A stretch of 64,000 bases of DNA. Source: Bdellovibrio sp. Its GTDB lineage: Bacteria; Bdellovibrionota; Bdellovibrionia; Bdellovibrionales; Bdellovibrionaceae. Below the pieces are notes generated by a model. That model was not told where the DNA came from, ran no database searches, and saw only the letters and a program-made list of their open reading frames with translations. Both the position numbers and the translations under genes were made by a program. This document shows, piece after piece, positions 9,372 to 18,658 of this stretch; the first letter of the stretch is position 1; the number at the start of each line of letters is the position of its first letter. The DNA lies in assembly GCA_036677065.1 (NCBI GenBank), contig JAKFBS010000002.1, positions 224,001-288,000 on the forward strand. The letters run 5' to 3'.

Positions 9372-10720
9372 AAATATTAATGACGGGTGCCACAGGGCAT
9401 GTAGGAAATTTCGTCGGTCGAAAACTAGTTGAACTAGGTCATGAAGTTGTCGTTGTTAGCAGGTCTAAGAATAAAGCGCTTAATTATTTAGAATTTCCGG
9501 CAGAAATTATCGAACACGATTTAGTTGCAGATCCATTGCCTGAAAAAAAGTTACTGGGTATTGATGCCATAGTTCATCTTATGGGCGAAACCGTTGATGG
9601 CCGCTGGACAAAAAAGAAAAAAGAACAAATCCTAAATTCTAGAAAAATCAGCAGTGAACATTTAGTTAAACATTTACCCGCAAATATTAAAGTTATCGTT
9701 TCTGCTTCAGCGCAGGGTATTTACGGCGATCATAAGGCACATATGGTGACCGAGAACTCAAAACTGGGGAGCGATTTTTTAGCTGAAGTCTGCAAGGAAT
9801 GGGAAAAGCCTTTTGTATTTTTAAATGGTATTCGTACGGTGCAATTACGCATCGGCCTTGTGTTAGACCCACAATCTGGTGTGTTACGAAAAATGATCCC
9901 GCTATTTCAACGCGGCCTTGGCGGTACTCTTGGCAGTGGCCAACAATACATGAGCTGGATTGCGATTGAAGATTTAACTGAAGTGATTGTTCAAGCTCTA
10001 ACAAATGATAATTATAGCGGGGCTATTAATTGCGCCACAGATAACCCAGTCACAAACAGCGAGTGGACTAAACTTTTAGGTAAACAATTAAATGCGATGC
10101 GATCAGCACCGGTACCATCGTTTGCGTTACGAATCGCCGTCGGTGAAATGGCCTCGGCAGTGTTAGCTTCGATTAAGTTAGCACCGGCGAAGTTGTTAGC
10201 AAATAATTTTAAATTCAAATATCCAAATCTAAAAGACTATTTTGAAAAAGCGCTGGCGCCCTATAAAGGCGGGCAGTATTTCTATTCAGTGAAACAATTT
10301 GTACCCCGGGATATCGAAAATGTTTTTACCTTCTTTTCGCAAGCTGCAAACCTAGAACAAATCACGCCGCCATTTTTAAATTTTCAGGTGTCGCATATGT
10401 CGACAAAGACCATTCATAAAGGCACTTTAATCGATTACAAATTAAATCTAAAGGGTATTCCCATGAAATGGAAAACTTTGATTTCAGACTGGAATCCGCC
10501 CCATAGTTTTATCGACACCCAATTATCAGGGCCATACCGGTCATGGCATCACACGCACCGGTTTGAAAAATTAGGAAACGGAACTTTGTTAAGTGATGAA
10601 ATTCGTTATAAATTACCATTGGGGTTTTTAGGTCAGATGATGGCTTCTACCTTGGTCCAGAAAGATGTTGAAAAAATATTTAAATTTCGTCGTGAAGTGA
10701 TACACAAAATTAAATTCTAA
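9368..10720 (+). CDS. TIGR01777-family NAD-dependent epimerase/oxidoreductase fused to a C-terminal SRPBCC domain
   Basis: TGATGHVG, FLAEVCKEWE and GSGQQYMSWI; C-terminal NLEQITPP and GPYRSWHHTHRF...DEIRY; ATGA overlap with phrB. Confidence 0.85.
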   Translation: MKILMTGATGHVGNFVGRKLVELGHEVVVVSRSKNKALNYLEFPAEIIEHDLVADPLPEKKLLGIDAIVHLMGETVDGRWTKKKKEQILNSRKISSEHLVKHLPANIKVIVSASAQGIYGDHKAHMVTENSKLGSDFLAEVCKEWEKPFVFLNGIRTVQLRIGLVLDPQSGVLRKMIPLFQRGLGGTLGSGQQYMSWIAIEDLTEVIVQALTNDNYSGAINCATDNPVTNSEWTKLLGKQLNAMRSAPVPSFALRIAVGEMASAVLASIKLAPAKLLANNFKFKYPNLKDYFEKALAPYKGGQYFYSVKQFVPRDIENVFTFFSQAANLEQITPPFLNFQVSHMSTKTIHKGTLIDYKLNLKGIPMKWKTLISDWNPPHSFIDTQLSGPYRSWHHTHRFEKLGNGTLLSDEIRYKLPLGFLGQMMASTLVQKDVEKIFKFRREVIHKIKF

Positions 10721-10741
10721 TTGCAGAATCTTGTTAATCCC

Positions 10742-10749
10742 GCCGACAA
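10742..10749 (+). promoter_or_regulatory. Candidate sigma28-like -10 element (GCCGACAA), 7 nt before ATG 10757
   Basis: 7/8 match to GCCGATAA; -35 unclear. Confidence 0.4.
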
Positions 10750-10756
10750 TATAGGT

Positions 10757-11149
10757 ATGGTGTTTGCCGAGATTCCCTACAAGGCTCGTATCGAGCTAAA
10801 AGATAATGTAATAACCGTCAGAGGTTCAAAGCTTCTGTTGGATAAAGTTGCGCAAATGAAAGCGCAGTACGGCAATGACCCGCATAAATGGCCACAACAA
10901 CGTGTTGGATCGGGTGAAGACATTTTAATTAATGAATTTATCATGAAGGCTAATTTTGAATTTAAATTCTGTTATACTCACGAAGAGTTATGTCACTGCA
11001 GAAATGTCGAAACTGAAAAAGTTTTTGGGGCGATCAAAAATGGTTGTTTTAAAACTGAAGACGTATCGCGTACTACCTTGGCAGGAACCGGTTGTGGTTC
11101 ATGCCGCCAAGACATCACAAATCTAATCGAGCAATTTAAGAAGTCTTAA
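10757..11149 (+). CDS. BFD-like [2Fe-2S]-binding domain protein
   Basis: CHC...AGTGCGSC motif; ATG 10757 preferred over TTG 10721. Confidence 0.8.
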   Translation: MVFAEIPYKARIELKDNVITVRGSKLLLDKVAQMKAQYGNDPHKWPQQRVGSGEDILINEFIMKANFEFKFCYTHEELCHCRNVETEKVFGAIKNGCFKTEDVSRTTLAGTGCGSCRQDITNLIEQFKKS

Positions 11150-12097
11150 TTCAGTGTGAATTTTGGCTTCAATCGTTGAAAAACCATCAGCCTTAATCCA
11201 GGTGCCTGATGAGCTTTTGTGTCCGCCGCCGCCCAAACGCGAAGCTACCGTGTAAGCATAATCATTTAAAGCCGATCTAAAACTGACTTTGTATTCATTA
11301 TCACTGGCTTGTCTGATGAAGTAGGCAAACTTCACCATAGGCATAAGAGTAAACATATCAACGATATCATTTACATCATCGCCTTCTAATTTATATTTTT
11401 CTAATTGTTTAAGACTTACCGTAAGGCCAACAACTTTGTTGTTGGAAAAATATTTTGCCGAATGAATCAGCTCAGCTAAAAATAACATTTTATCAGGGGT
11501 CCAATGCGCAAATAGCGCACGTTGAATACCTTCGGTGTTAATTTTATAACCGGCAAGTTCGCCAGCAATATAATGAGAGCGTGAAGAATTTTTAACTAAT
11601 TTAAAAGCTTGGGTGTCGAAAGTTAAACTTGAATAAAGAGCCGAAGCGATAAAATCATTCAGCGGCACTTTTAGGGTTTTAATCACATCAAACACGATTT
11701 CACCCGTCGAGGCCGCATCAAGATTCATAATGCGAAAAACAAGCGGGTGGGGTTTGGCATTTTCGACGTGATGGTCGATAAATAAAACTTTGCAATTTTG
11801 ATCTAAGCAGTTTTGATAAAGTGGGTTGCAAAGCTCGCCATGGTTGGTATCTAGAATAATCAGTAAATCCGGAGTCATTTCGTCAGGATTTGCGCAGATG
11901 TCCACATTTTCTAGCATGTACGAGTAGCGTTTTGGGACTTCGTCGACAGGAACAAACCAAACTTGCTTGTTCAAGTTTTTAAGAGCTCCGTATAAGGCTG
12001 CAAGACTACCGATGCCGTCGCCATCAGAATTTCTATGAGTTGAGAGGAGGATTTTGTTGGCTTTAAGGATAACTTCAATTTGCGAATCAATAGACAT
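11123..12097 (-). CDS. nrnA: DHH/DHHA1 phosphoesterase, NrnA-like
   Basis: H..SDGDGIGS, ILD, IDHH, AASTGE, SFRS and GGGGH motifs. Confidence 0.85.
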   Translation of the reverse strand: MSIDSQIEVILKANKILLSTHRNSDGDGIGSLAALYGALKNLNKQVWFVPVDEVPKRYSYMLENVDICANPDEMTPDLLIILDTNHGELCNPLYQNCLDQNCKVLFIDHHVENAKPHPLVFRIMNLDAASTGEIVFDVIKTLKVPLNDFIASALYSSLTFDTQAFKLVKNSSRSHYIAGELAGYKINTEGIQRALFAHWTPDKMLFLAELIHSAKYFSNNKVVGLTVSLKQLEKYKLEGDDVNDIVDMFTLMPMVKFAYFIRQASDNEYKVSFRSALNDYAYTVASRLGGGGHKSSSGTWIKADGFSTIEAKIHTELRLLKLLD

Positions 12098-12141
12098 AGG
12101 CTATATCCTAATATGACGCAACGTAGCCTGTCCCCTGTAGT

Positions 12142-12170
12142 TTGTTAAACCCAAACATTTTTGGTATAAA
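12142..12170 (+). promoter_or_regulatory. Candidate sigma70 promoter of greA
   Basis: TTGTTA-N17-TATAAA with TG extended -10. Confidence 0.4.
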
Positions 12171-12200
12171 ATAAGACTTTTGAATAGGGATCTATAAAAT

Positions 12201-12680
12201 ATGGCATCAGACGTACTACCAATGACCGCTCGTGGAAAACAATTGCTTGAAGCTGAGCTTAAAAGATTAATCTTTGAAGAGCGTCCAGCTGTGATTAAAG
12301 CCATCGAAGAAGCTCGTGCTCATGGCGATATTTCTGAGAATGCTGAATATGAATCTGCAAAAGAGCGCCAAGGTATGATTGAAGGTCGCATTGGCGACAT
12401 TCAAGGCAAAATTGCCGGTGCAGATGTTATTGATCCAGCGACGATTAAATCAGACCGTGTGGTTTTCGGAGCTACTGTTGTGATCGTTGATCAAGAAACA
12501 GAAGAAGAGCACACCTATCAAATCGTAGGTCCTGATGAAGCTGATGTTAAAAAAGGCATGATCTCGGTCATGTCTCCGATTGCGCGCGGTATGATCGGTA
12601 AAAAAACTGGTGATGCATTTACAGTGCAAAGTCCTAAAGGCGATAAAGATTACGAAATTGTTTCTTTTAAATTCGTCTAA
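12201..12680 (+). CDS. greA: Transcription elongation factor GreA
   Basis: ARAHGDISENAEYESAK, VVFGATV, YQIVG.DEAD and SPIARG. Confidence 0.97.
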   Translation: MASDVLPMTARGKQLLEAELKRLIFEERPAVIKAIEEARAHGDISENAEYESAKERQGMIEGRIGDIQGKIAGADVIDPATIKSDRVVFGATVVIVDQETEEEHTYQIVGPDEADVKKGMISVMSPIARGMIGKKTGDAFTVQSPKGDKDYEIVSFKFV

Positions 12681-12699
12681 TTAAGTTCACAATTAAAAC

Positions 12700-14658
12700 A
12701 TGAAAAGAGCGGTCGTTGATCAAGCCGGTTTAAGAGTCGTAATGACAGGATTAATCCTGTCATTATTTATCGGGCTTATTTTTAAATCGCAAATCAGATC
12801 CAGTGTAGTTAAAGCCCGCTTACAACAAGCCATCGTAAGACTGCAAAAAGATATAAATATTGATTTTGAATCAGTCGAAGTTCGCCTGAGCGAATGGGGA
12901 ATTCCGCGTCCAGTGATTGAAATTCGCGGTGTTCGCATTAGTCCACTCAAAGCCAACTGCCAAGAAAACCAAATTTACATCGATGCTTTAAGTTTTCCGT
13001 TAAGTTTTAATCTCTTGTTTTCAAAAGAAAAGGTGATTTCAACCGTACGCGTGTCGCTTTTAGAAGTGCGCACGAAAAATACGCGTCAGTGTTTTGCAAA
13101 AAATAATAACGAAGATGCCATCGCTAATCGCGTAGTTATGTCGGCCGTTTCGCAAAGTGCACCCGTTGTTGTTAATACAGAAGAAAAACGCAATGCGGCC
13201 GTTGAAAAGCTAAGAAATTTCAAATCACATTTAAATGAAATAAAAATTGATCGCTTGCGTGTGATCGCGATTGATAAAATGAACACCGCTGTTGATTTTA
13301 ATGCTGTTCAGGTGTTGTTTAAGTATGAAAATGAAAAACTAAATGAACTTTCTATTCAATCGCAGTTATCGGCTTTTAAAGAGGCTGAAAAAAGTTATTA
13401 TCTGTTTAAATCAGACTTAAAATTTAACATAAAACTTGAAGATAAGCCTTCGATCAATGCCGAACTAAAAGGGCTTATTGTCGATCGCCCGTTTCATTTA
13501 AAACTTAAAAACGATTTACAAAAAAATAGCCTGCAGTTTTTAGGTGAATTAGGCGGAATCTCTTTAAAGGCGATTAATTACATCGTTAAAGCTGAACGGC
13601 CACAGGCTGAAGTTTTTGATTTCTTAAGCGGATCGTCAATGACGGGCTACATGACTGGTGAATACTTTATTGATAATCGACATTATGAAATTAATTTTAA
13701 AGATATTAAAATCTTAGTTGGTGGCGGTGTGGCCGAGATTAATGATATTTATGTCTTAGGTAAAATGGATGAAAAAGCACAGATCAGGCCTTTCGATGTG
13801 CAATTATCGCATATTGAGCTTACTAAAATATTATCACATTCAACTTTTGATAATATCAGACCCAGTATTCAAAATGCGGGTTATATTTCAGGCCTAATTC
13901 AGTTTACTCATGCAAATCAGTTTAAAGTCAAATCACTGATCGAAAAAACAAGTTTCGTGTTTTCAAATAAAGGCGAGCGGGTTCCACAGGTTTTTGACAG
14001 CTTTAATTTGCACGCCAGTGTTGACCCGCAAAAAATCACATTAAACATTAATGATTTTATTCTGGATACAAACAAAATTCATGGCTTTTTAAAATACAGC
14101 CATCAAACAACTAGTGGCGATAAAAGCCTATCTGTAGATTTAGAAGGGCGTTTGTTAAAGCCTGATACGGTTAAGTTATTTACAGGTCGTGCTGGCGAGC
14201 CAGAGATCAGATTGTTATTTACCACAGATTTAAAGAATCAATTAAAAGGTACTGCCAGTATTGATAAAATCAGTATTCAACAGTTTGATGTGACGAAGTT
14301 AAATCTTGAGTATGATAAAAATCTTTTATTAAAAAGTGAATTTTACAATGTAAGAACGGGTAGTTTAACAGTTGCCGTGTCTGAGAATTCACAAACAAGT
14401 CATTTAAATGTGCTGTTCGATCAAATATTACCAAAACCTTCAGTAAGTTTTGCGCAAAGCAGGCTGACAATTCAAAAAGATGGTTTAGGTAAATTAAGCT
14501 TTAATCTTAAAAGTGAACAAAAAGGTAAAACCGATTTGAATGTTACCGGCGAATATGTGCCTCACATGAGTAATATGACAGCTAAGGGTAATTTTAAAGG
14601 GCAAAACTTCACCCTTTCTGGCGCTTTAGATAAGTTAGTGGCGACTCCGCTTAAATGA
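12700..14658 (+). CDS. Hypothetical membrane-anchored beta-rich protein, possibly AsmA-like
   Basis: Single N-terminal TM followed by long alternating hydrophobic beta-strand patterns; family call is inference. Confidence 0.5.
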   Translation: MKRAVVDQAGLRVVMTGLILSLFIGLIFKSQIRSSVVKARLQQAIVRLQKDINIDFESVEVRLSEWGIPRPVIEIRGVRISPLKANCQENQIYIDALSFPLSFNLLFSKEKVISTVRVSLLEVRTKNTRQCFAKNNNEDAIANRVVMSAVSQSAPVVVNTEEKRNAAVEKLRNFKSHLNEIKIDRLRVIAIDKMNTAVDFNAVQVLFKYENEKLNELSIQSQLSAFKEAEKSYYLFKSDLKFNIKLEDKPSINAELKGLIVDRPFHLKLKNDLQKNSLQFLGELGGISLKAINYIVKAERPQAEVFDFLSGSSMTGYMTGEYFIDNRHYEINFKDIKILVGGGVAEINDIYVLGKMDEKAQIRPFDVQLSHIELTKILSHSTFDNIRPSIQNAGYISGLIQFTHANQFKVKSLIEKTSFVFSNKGERVPQVFDSFNLHASVDPQKITLNINDFILDTNKIHGFLKYSHQTTSGDKSLSVDLEGRLLKPDTVKLFTGRAGEPEIRLLFTTDLKNQLKGTASIDKISIQQFDVTKLNLEYDKNLLLKSEFYNVRTGSLTVAVSENSQTSHLNVLFDQILPKPSVSFAQSRLTIQKDGLGKLSFNLKSEQKGKTDLNVTGEYVPHMSNMTAKGNFKGQNFTLSGALDKLVATPLK

Positions 14659-15404
14659 AAATTTTAAAATATTTTTACTCGCTAAATTCAGAATCATTCA
14701 AACCACCAAGACTTCAGTGTCACCGTGGCTACTGGGTCGATGGGTTAACGCAAAACTCGCTGGCGTCATTGCAGCGGGCTTATGAACTTGGTTACAAGAT
14801 GTCTGAGTTCGATATTCGCATGACCAAAGATTCAGAAGTCATATTATTTCATGATGATTTTATTGGCTCTAAAAAAGTTTCTGATATGACCTTTAAAGAG
14901 GTAAATAAAGATCATAAAGTGGATTTGTTTGAAGAAGCGCTTAAGTGGTTTTCGACTTTAGAAAAAGACAGTTATTATTTAAATATTGAAATTAAATCAA
15001 AATTTGTACGTAACCGTCGTTTAGAGAGAAAAGTTTTAGATTTAATTTTAAAATACAAAGTGCAAGATCGCGTGTTGATTTCTAGTTTCAACCCATTCAG
15101 TTTGTATTTTTTCAGAAGAAATTATCCTTCAATTTTGCGCGCGCTTCTTTTAACTTACAATAATGAGAACGGTAATAATTTTGTCGTAAAAAGTCAGGTT
15201 TTGAATGTGCTGGCGCACCCGCATTTTTTGCATTTAGACGAAAAACACTGGTCACATAAGCGCTATAAAGCTTTGTTGAAATTAGGGATTCCTGTGGTTC
15301 TATGGACCTGCAATGATCTGGAAAAGGTCAAAAAATACTTCTCGCAAGGGGTGTATGGTGTCATTAGTGATGACCTGAAACCAGCTGATATCGATAAAAT
15401 ATAA
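14655..15404 (+). CDS. Glycerophosphodiester phosphodiesterase family protein
   Basis: HRG, EFDIRMTKD...FHD, NIEIK, ISSF, WTCND and GVISD motifs. Confidence 0.9.
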   Translation: MKILKYFYSLNSESFKPPRLQCHRGYWVDGLTQNSLASLQRAYELGYKMSEFDIRMTKDSEVILFHDDFIGSKKVSDMTFKEVNKDHKVDLFEEALKWFSTLEKDSYYLNIEIKSKFVRNRRLERKVLDLILKYKVQDRVLISSFNPFSLYFFRRNYPSILRALLLTYNNENGNNFVVKSQVLNVLAHPHFLHLDEKHWSHKRYKALLKLGIPVVLWTCNDLEKVKKYFSQGVYGVISDDLKPADIDKI

Positions 15405-15408
15405 AAGT

Positions 15409-15423
15409 GTTTCAAACTGAAAC
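15409..15423. promoter_or_regulatory. Perfect inverted repeat GTTTCA-AAC-TGAAAC upstream of the pilin cassette promoter
   Basis: Seen directly; related boxes at 5914, 32658 and 38625. Confidence 0.5.
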
Positions 15424-15453
15424 GCTCTAGAGTTTTTACCCCACCCAAAGTCT

Positions 15454-15480
15454 TAATTATTTACGCGATTTAGCCGATAA
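15454..15480 (+). promoter_or_regulatory. Sigma28 (FliA)-type promoter of the pilin cassette
   Basis: TAAT-N15-GCCGATAA versus consensus TAAA-N15-GCCGATAA; GGGGA RBS before ATG 15504. Confidence 0.7.
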
Positions 15481-15503
15481 GAGTTACGGGGGAACTTATC
15501 GAA

Positions 15504-16871
15504 ATGGCTAAACCATCGCGCGCTGCTTTTATTAAATCAAATAAGGGGTTTACCTTAGTTGAGACTATGGTTTCGGTCGGCATTATGTCGGTCGTTCTGG
15601 CAGGGCTTGCTACGGCCATTGTTAGCACTGTTCGAGACGGCGAAGCTTCAGCCAAAGAATCAATGAATTCAATGGAAGACCTTCAGGTACAGACTGCACA
15701 GCAAGATTATCTGACTCGTGCCGCGCCTTCATATTATTTCATGCATGTTCCAATTCGTTCATTTTGTTCAGGTTCAGAAAAAGTTCCGTGCCTTCGTAAA
15801 ATTGACCCAGCAACGGGCACACTCACGGGAATCAGCGGTGGCAGTGGGATTCCGGCTACAATCGATTTTTACAAAGATGTTAGCGGCGAGATGAAAAAGA
15901 CGAAACTTTCGGGTATGTCAGCCTCTGGTGAAATTAATAGTTCGGTCCACATGATGTCGGGAGCAAACGTTGATATCAGTAAACTGACGACACAAAGTAA
16001 TAATTCTTATGTGTATGCAAGTTGGCCATTGTTTAATGAACAATCTGAAGCCTTGCCTATTTTGGTCCGCAAAAAAAATGCATCATACTTAACTCATATC
16101 AAGCAATTCGGTGCCTCTTATGAAAATACGGCTCCGGCTGGAATATCATTATTTAATGTGGCGTTGACTACGGATAAAGCCCAGATATTAGTTAAAGATT
16201 TAAAAGATTCTTTAGCTGTTGTTTATAATGTGAATCGTCCTACACAGTTTGTAATTCAAAAAATTACTCAAGCCTTAAACTGCCCCAAAGATAGTACGAC
16301 CATAAATTTCTGTAAAGTGACGGGTAAAAGTATTTCAGTTTCTGCAGCTACCGATGATTTAGTCGCTGTAGGTTTTGCGAATACGGTGGCCCTAAAACTA
16401 GAGAACGTTCAGATTTCTGGAACTTATGCAGCAAATGCGGCTGCTGGCTCAAGAACACATTTGGCTTCAGCTTATATTCCGACTTCAACATCAGTCAATA
16501 TTTCAGGTAACTGGTTTGCGAGCGGCGGTAGTGGTGATTATTTATTTCCGCGCAATTCATTTTCTTTGGCAGATGATCGCTCTGATTTTCAGGGAGATTT
16601 AGATTATTCTCCGGTCGATGTTAAACGTATTCAGCATTACTATAATATGAATAGCCACGAAGCGACCTTGGTCGTTCTGCCAGTGGATCTTGGTTATATT
16701 AAATTAAAACAAAGTGCACAGTTTCCTGATAAGTATGACCTTGTCGTGACGTCTTCAAGTCATGAAGAGGTTGTTTTAGTTCCATCAATTAAAGAAAAAA
16801 ATGATCCTAATTCTTATGTTTACGTTAACCGTAAATTAGGAACAGGGATGATAGAAGTATTTATTAAGTGA
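15504..16871 (+). CDS. Large prepilin-like protein (PilW/GspJ-like minor pilin)
   Basis: Class III signal NKG|FTLVE with Glu5 and hydrophobic helix; 455 aa. Confidence 0.8.
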   Translation: MAKPSRAAFIKSNKGFTLVETMVSVGIMSVVLAGLATAIVSTVRDGEASAKESMNSMEDLQVQTAQQDYLTRAAPSYYFMHVPIRSFCSGSEKVPCLRKIDPATGTLTGISGGSGIPATIDFYKDVSGEMKKTKLSGMSASGEINSSVHMMSGANVDISKLTTQSNNSYVYASWPLFNEQSEALPILVRKKNASYLTHIKQFGASYENTAPAGISLFNVALTTDKAQILVKDLKDSLAVVYNVNRPTQFVIQKITQALNCPKDSTTINFCKVTGKSISVSAATDDLVAVGFANTVALKLENVQISGTYAANAAAGSRTHLASAYIPTSTSVNISGNWFASGGSGDYLFPRNSFSLADDRSDFQGDLDYSPVDVKRIQHYYNMNSHEATLVVLPVDLGYIKLKQSAQFPDKYDLVVTSSSHEEVVLVPSIKEKNDPNSYVYVNRKLGTGMIEVFIK

Positions 16872-16879
16872 GGTATCTC

Positions 16880-18658
16880 ATGAAAAACAAATTGAGCTCT
16901 CTTTTGGTCGCAGGTTTTTTAACGGTCGTGCTTCCGCTAAGCTTATTTGCCGCAGGCAAAGTTAAGAAAAACTCTAAAGTTATTCTTAGCGGTAATATCT
17001 TGGCAAATTCACAGATCGTGCCTGTCGGTGGTCAAATTAAAACAGTAATGGGTGCAGGGGCTGGTAAAATCAGCTTTTCAAGCACACGCTATTGTGGTGA
17101 TGGTGACGTGGCCTCGTATAGTGATAGCCATCCGACGACAGAATTTTATCCTTCTGATGATCCTGACACGAATATTATCGTGGGCTATTGGATTTCGCCA
17201 CAAGGCAGCCCTTTAGATTTATCTGCGAATAAGTTTTATTCTATCGGGTACGTGAAAGATTCAAAAGTTGATGCTGATGTTACTGAAAAGCTGATCGCGA
17301 CAAATTTTTCTGGCATGCCAGCCAAGAAGACTTTTAAGTTGATCGAAGATGCTGTGAAAGATCTAGCGTTTGTCGCTGAATCAACAAAACCAGCAAGTGT
17401 AGTCGGGTTATCTAATACGAAATTTAATATGAAGTTCGTCGCTATGGCTTGCCCAGTGATTAAGAACATGAATGGCATTGATAGCAGTTCGGGTATGAAT
17501 AATTTAACAATTTCGCGCCAATTTTTATCTGGCAGTAGCTTAGTCGGCACAACAAGCCTTCAGGATTATATGCAAGATGGTATTCTTGAGTCGAATGCTT
17601 CAATTAGTAAAACGCGCATTCGTGTTGAAAATGGCGGTGGTACAATTTCTGGTAAATCAATTAATTTGGATTTTGGTGGCAGCGGAAGTGAAAGTTTATC
17701 AAGTGAACTGGTGAATTTAGTTAACGATTTGGCATCAAGGTCAAAACCGAATGTTCATACATCCACTTTAACGGCGATGATCACTTCAATGACAAGCATC
17801 AGTTGCCCTTGTGATAGATTAGAATATGAAGCTGATTTATCAGGTTTAAAAGCGCGCTTTGATGCTTTTAAAAATAGACTAAGTGCCGCAAAGGCTAATT
17901 CGAGCATCTGTGATGCAAGCTCTTCTATCCGTTTTGACAGTGCCGATTACCCATGGGAATCGTTTCGCACGAATGCAGCCTGCCAACTGTATCACAAGTT
18001 ACTTGCAACAGAGTTAGCACCTTATGAAACAGCTTTGAATGAAATGTTTAGTGCGGCTGATACAAATAAAAATACTTGCCCTGCAGTTCAAGCGGCGATG
18101 AGTTCTGGATCGTGTCCAGCTCCATCAGTAGGTAATCTATCGAATATCAGCGATAGTGAATATCGTTCGCGTAAAATGGCGTTGAATAAAAAATTAATGA
18201 AAATTGTAGGAACACCAGATGCGATTCAATCGGCCCAAAGTCGTTTAAAAACAAATATTACATCTAGCAATCCAAATTTTGCGTTAAATACGGCATCATG
18301 TTTTCCGTTAACGGCGGCCAGTGGTGAATTTATTAAATATGTTGGCTCGTCAGTGGGAATTGATATTGATCCAGATCCAGTAATGTCTGGTTCAAAAGTG
18401 GTGAGCATCAATAAACAAAGTGTAGCTCACCCTGAAGGTAACTTTGCTATCGGTGGCGATGCTCCTTACTTAACCGGAACTGGCAATTCATTAGTTATGT
18501 TTAACAATACTGGCGGAGATCCGAAAATAGACTCTTCTTTTAAGGTTGAAGTTGGTACGACAACTCCGGTAGCATTAACAACAGGTATGGCGAATGTGCA
18601 GTTTCATATTCGTTCGATAGGTTGTTCACAAAATATTTATTGCTATAATGACAGATAA
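16880..18658 (+). CDS. Secreted Cys-rich hypothetical protein within the pilin cassette
   Basis: Sec-type signal (MKNKLSSLLVAGFLTVVLPLSLFA), GAGG RBS before ATG 16880 (alternative GTG 16868); about 11 Cys. Confidence 0.65.
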   Translation: MKNKLSSLLVAGFLTVVLPLSLFAAGKVKKNSKVILSGNILANSQIVPVGGQIKTVMGAGAGKISFSSTRYCGDGDVASYSDSHPTTEFYPSDDPDTNIIVGYWISPQGSPLDLSANKFYSIGYVKDSKVDADVTEKLIATNFSGMPAKKTFKLIEDAVKDLAFVAESTKPASVVGLSNTKFNMKFVAMACPVIKNMNGIDSSSGMNNLTISRQFLSGSSLVGTTSLQDYMQDGILESNASISKTRIRVENGGGTISGKSINLDFGGSGSESLSSELVNLVNDLASRSKPNVHTSTLTAMITSMTSISCPCDRLEYEADLSGLKARFDAFKNRLSAAKANSSICDASSSIRFDSADYPWESFRTNAACQLYHKLLATELAPYETALNEMFSAADTNKNTCPAVQAAMSSGSCPAPSVGNLSNISDSEYRSRKMALNKKLMKIVGTPDAIQSAQSRLKTNITSSNPNFALNTASCFPLTAASGEFIKYVGSSVGIDIDPDPVMSGSKVVSINKQSVAHPEGNFAIGGDAPYLTGTGNSLVMFNNTGGDPKIDSSFKVEVGTTTPVALTTGMANVQFHIRSIGCSQNIYCYNDR

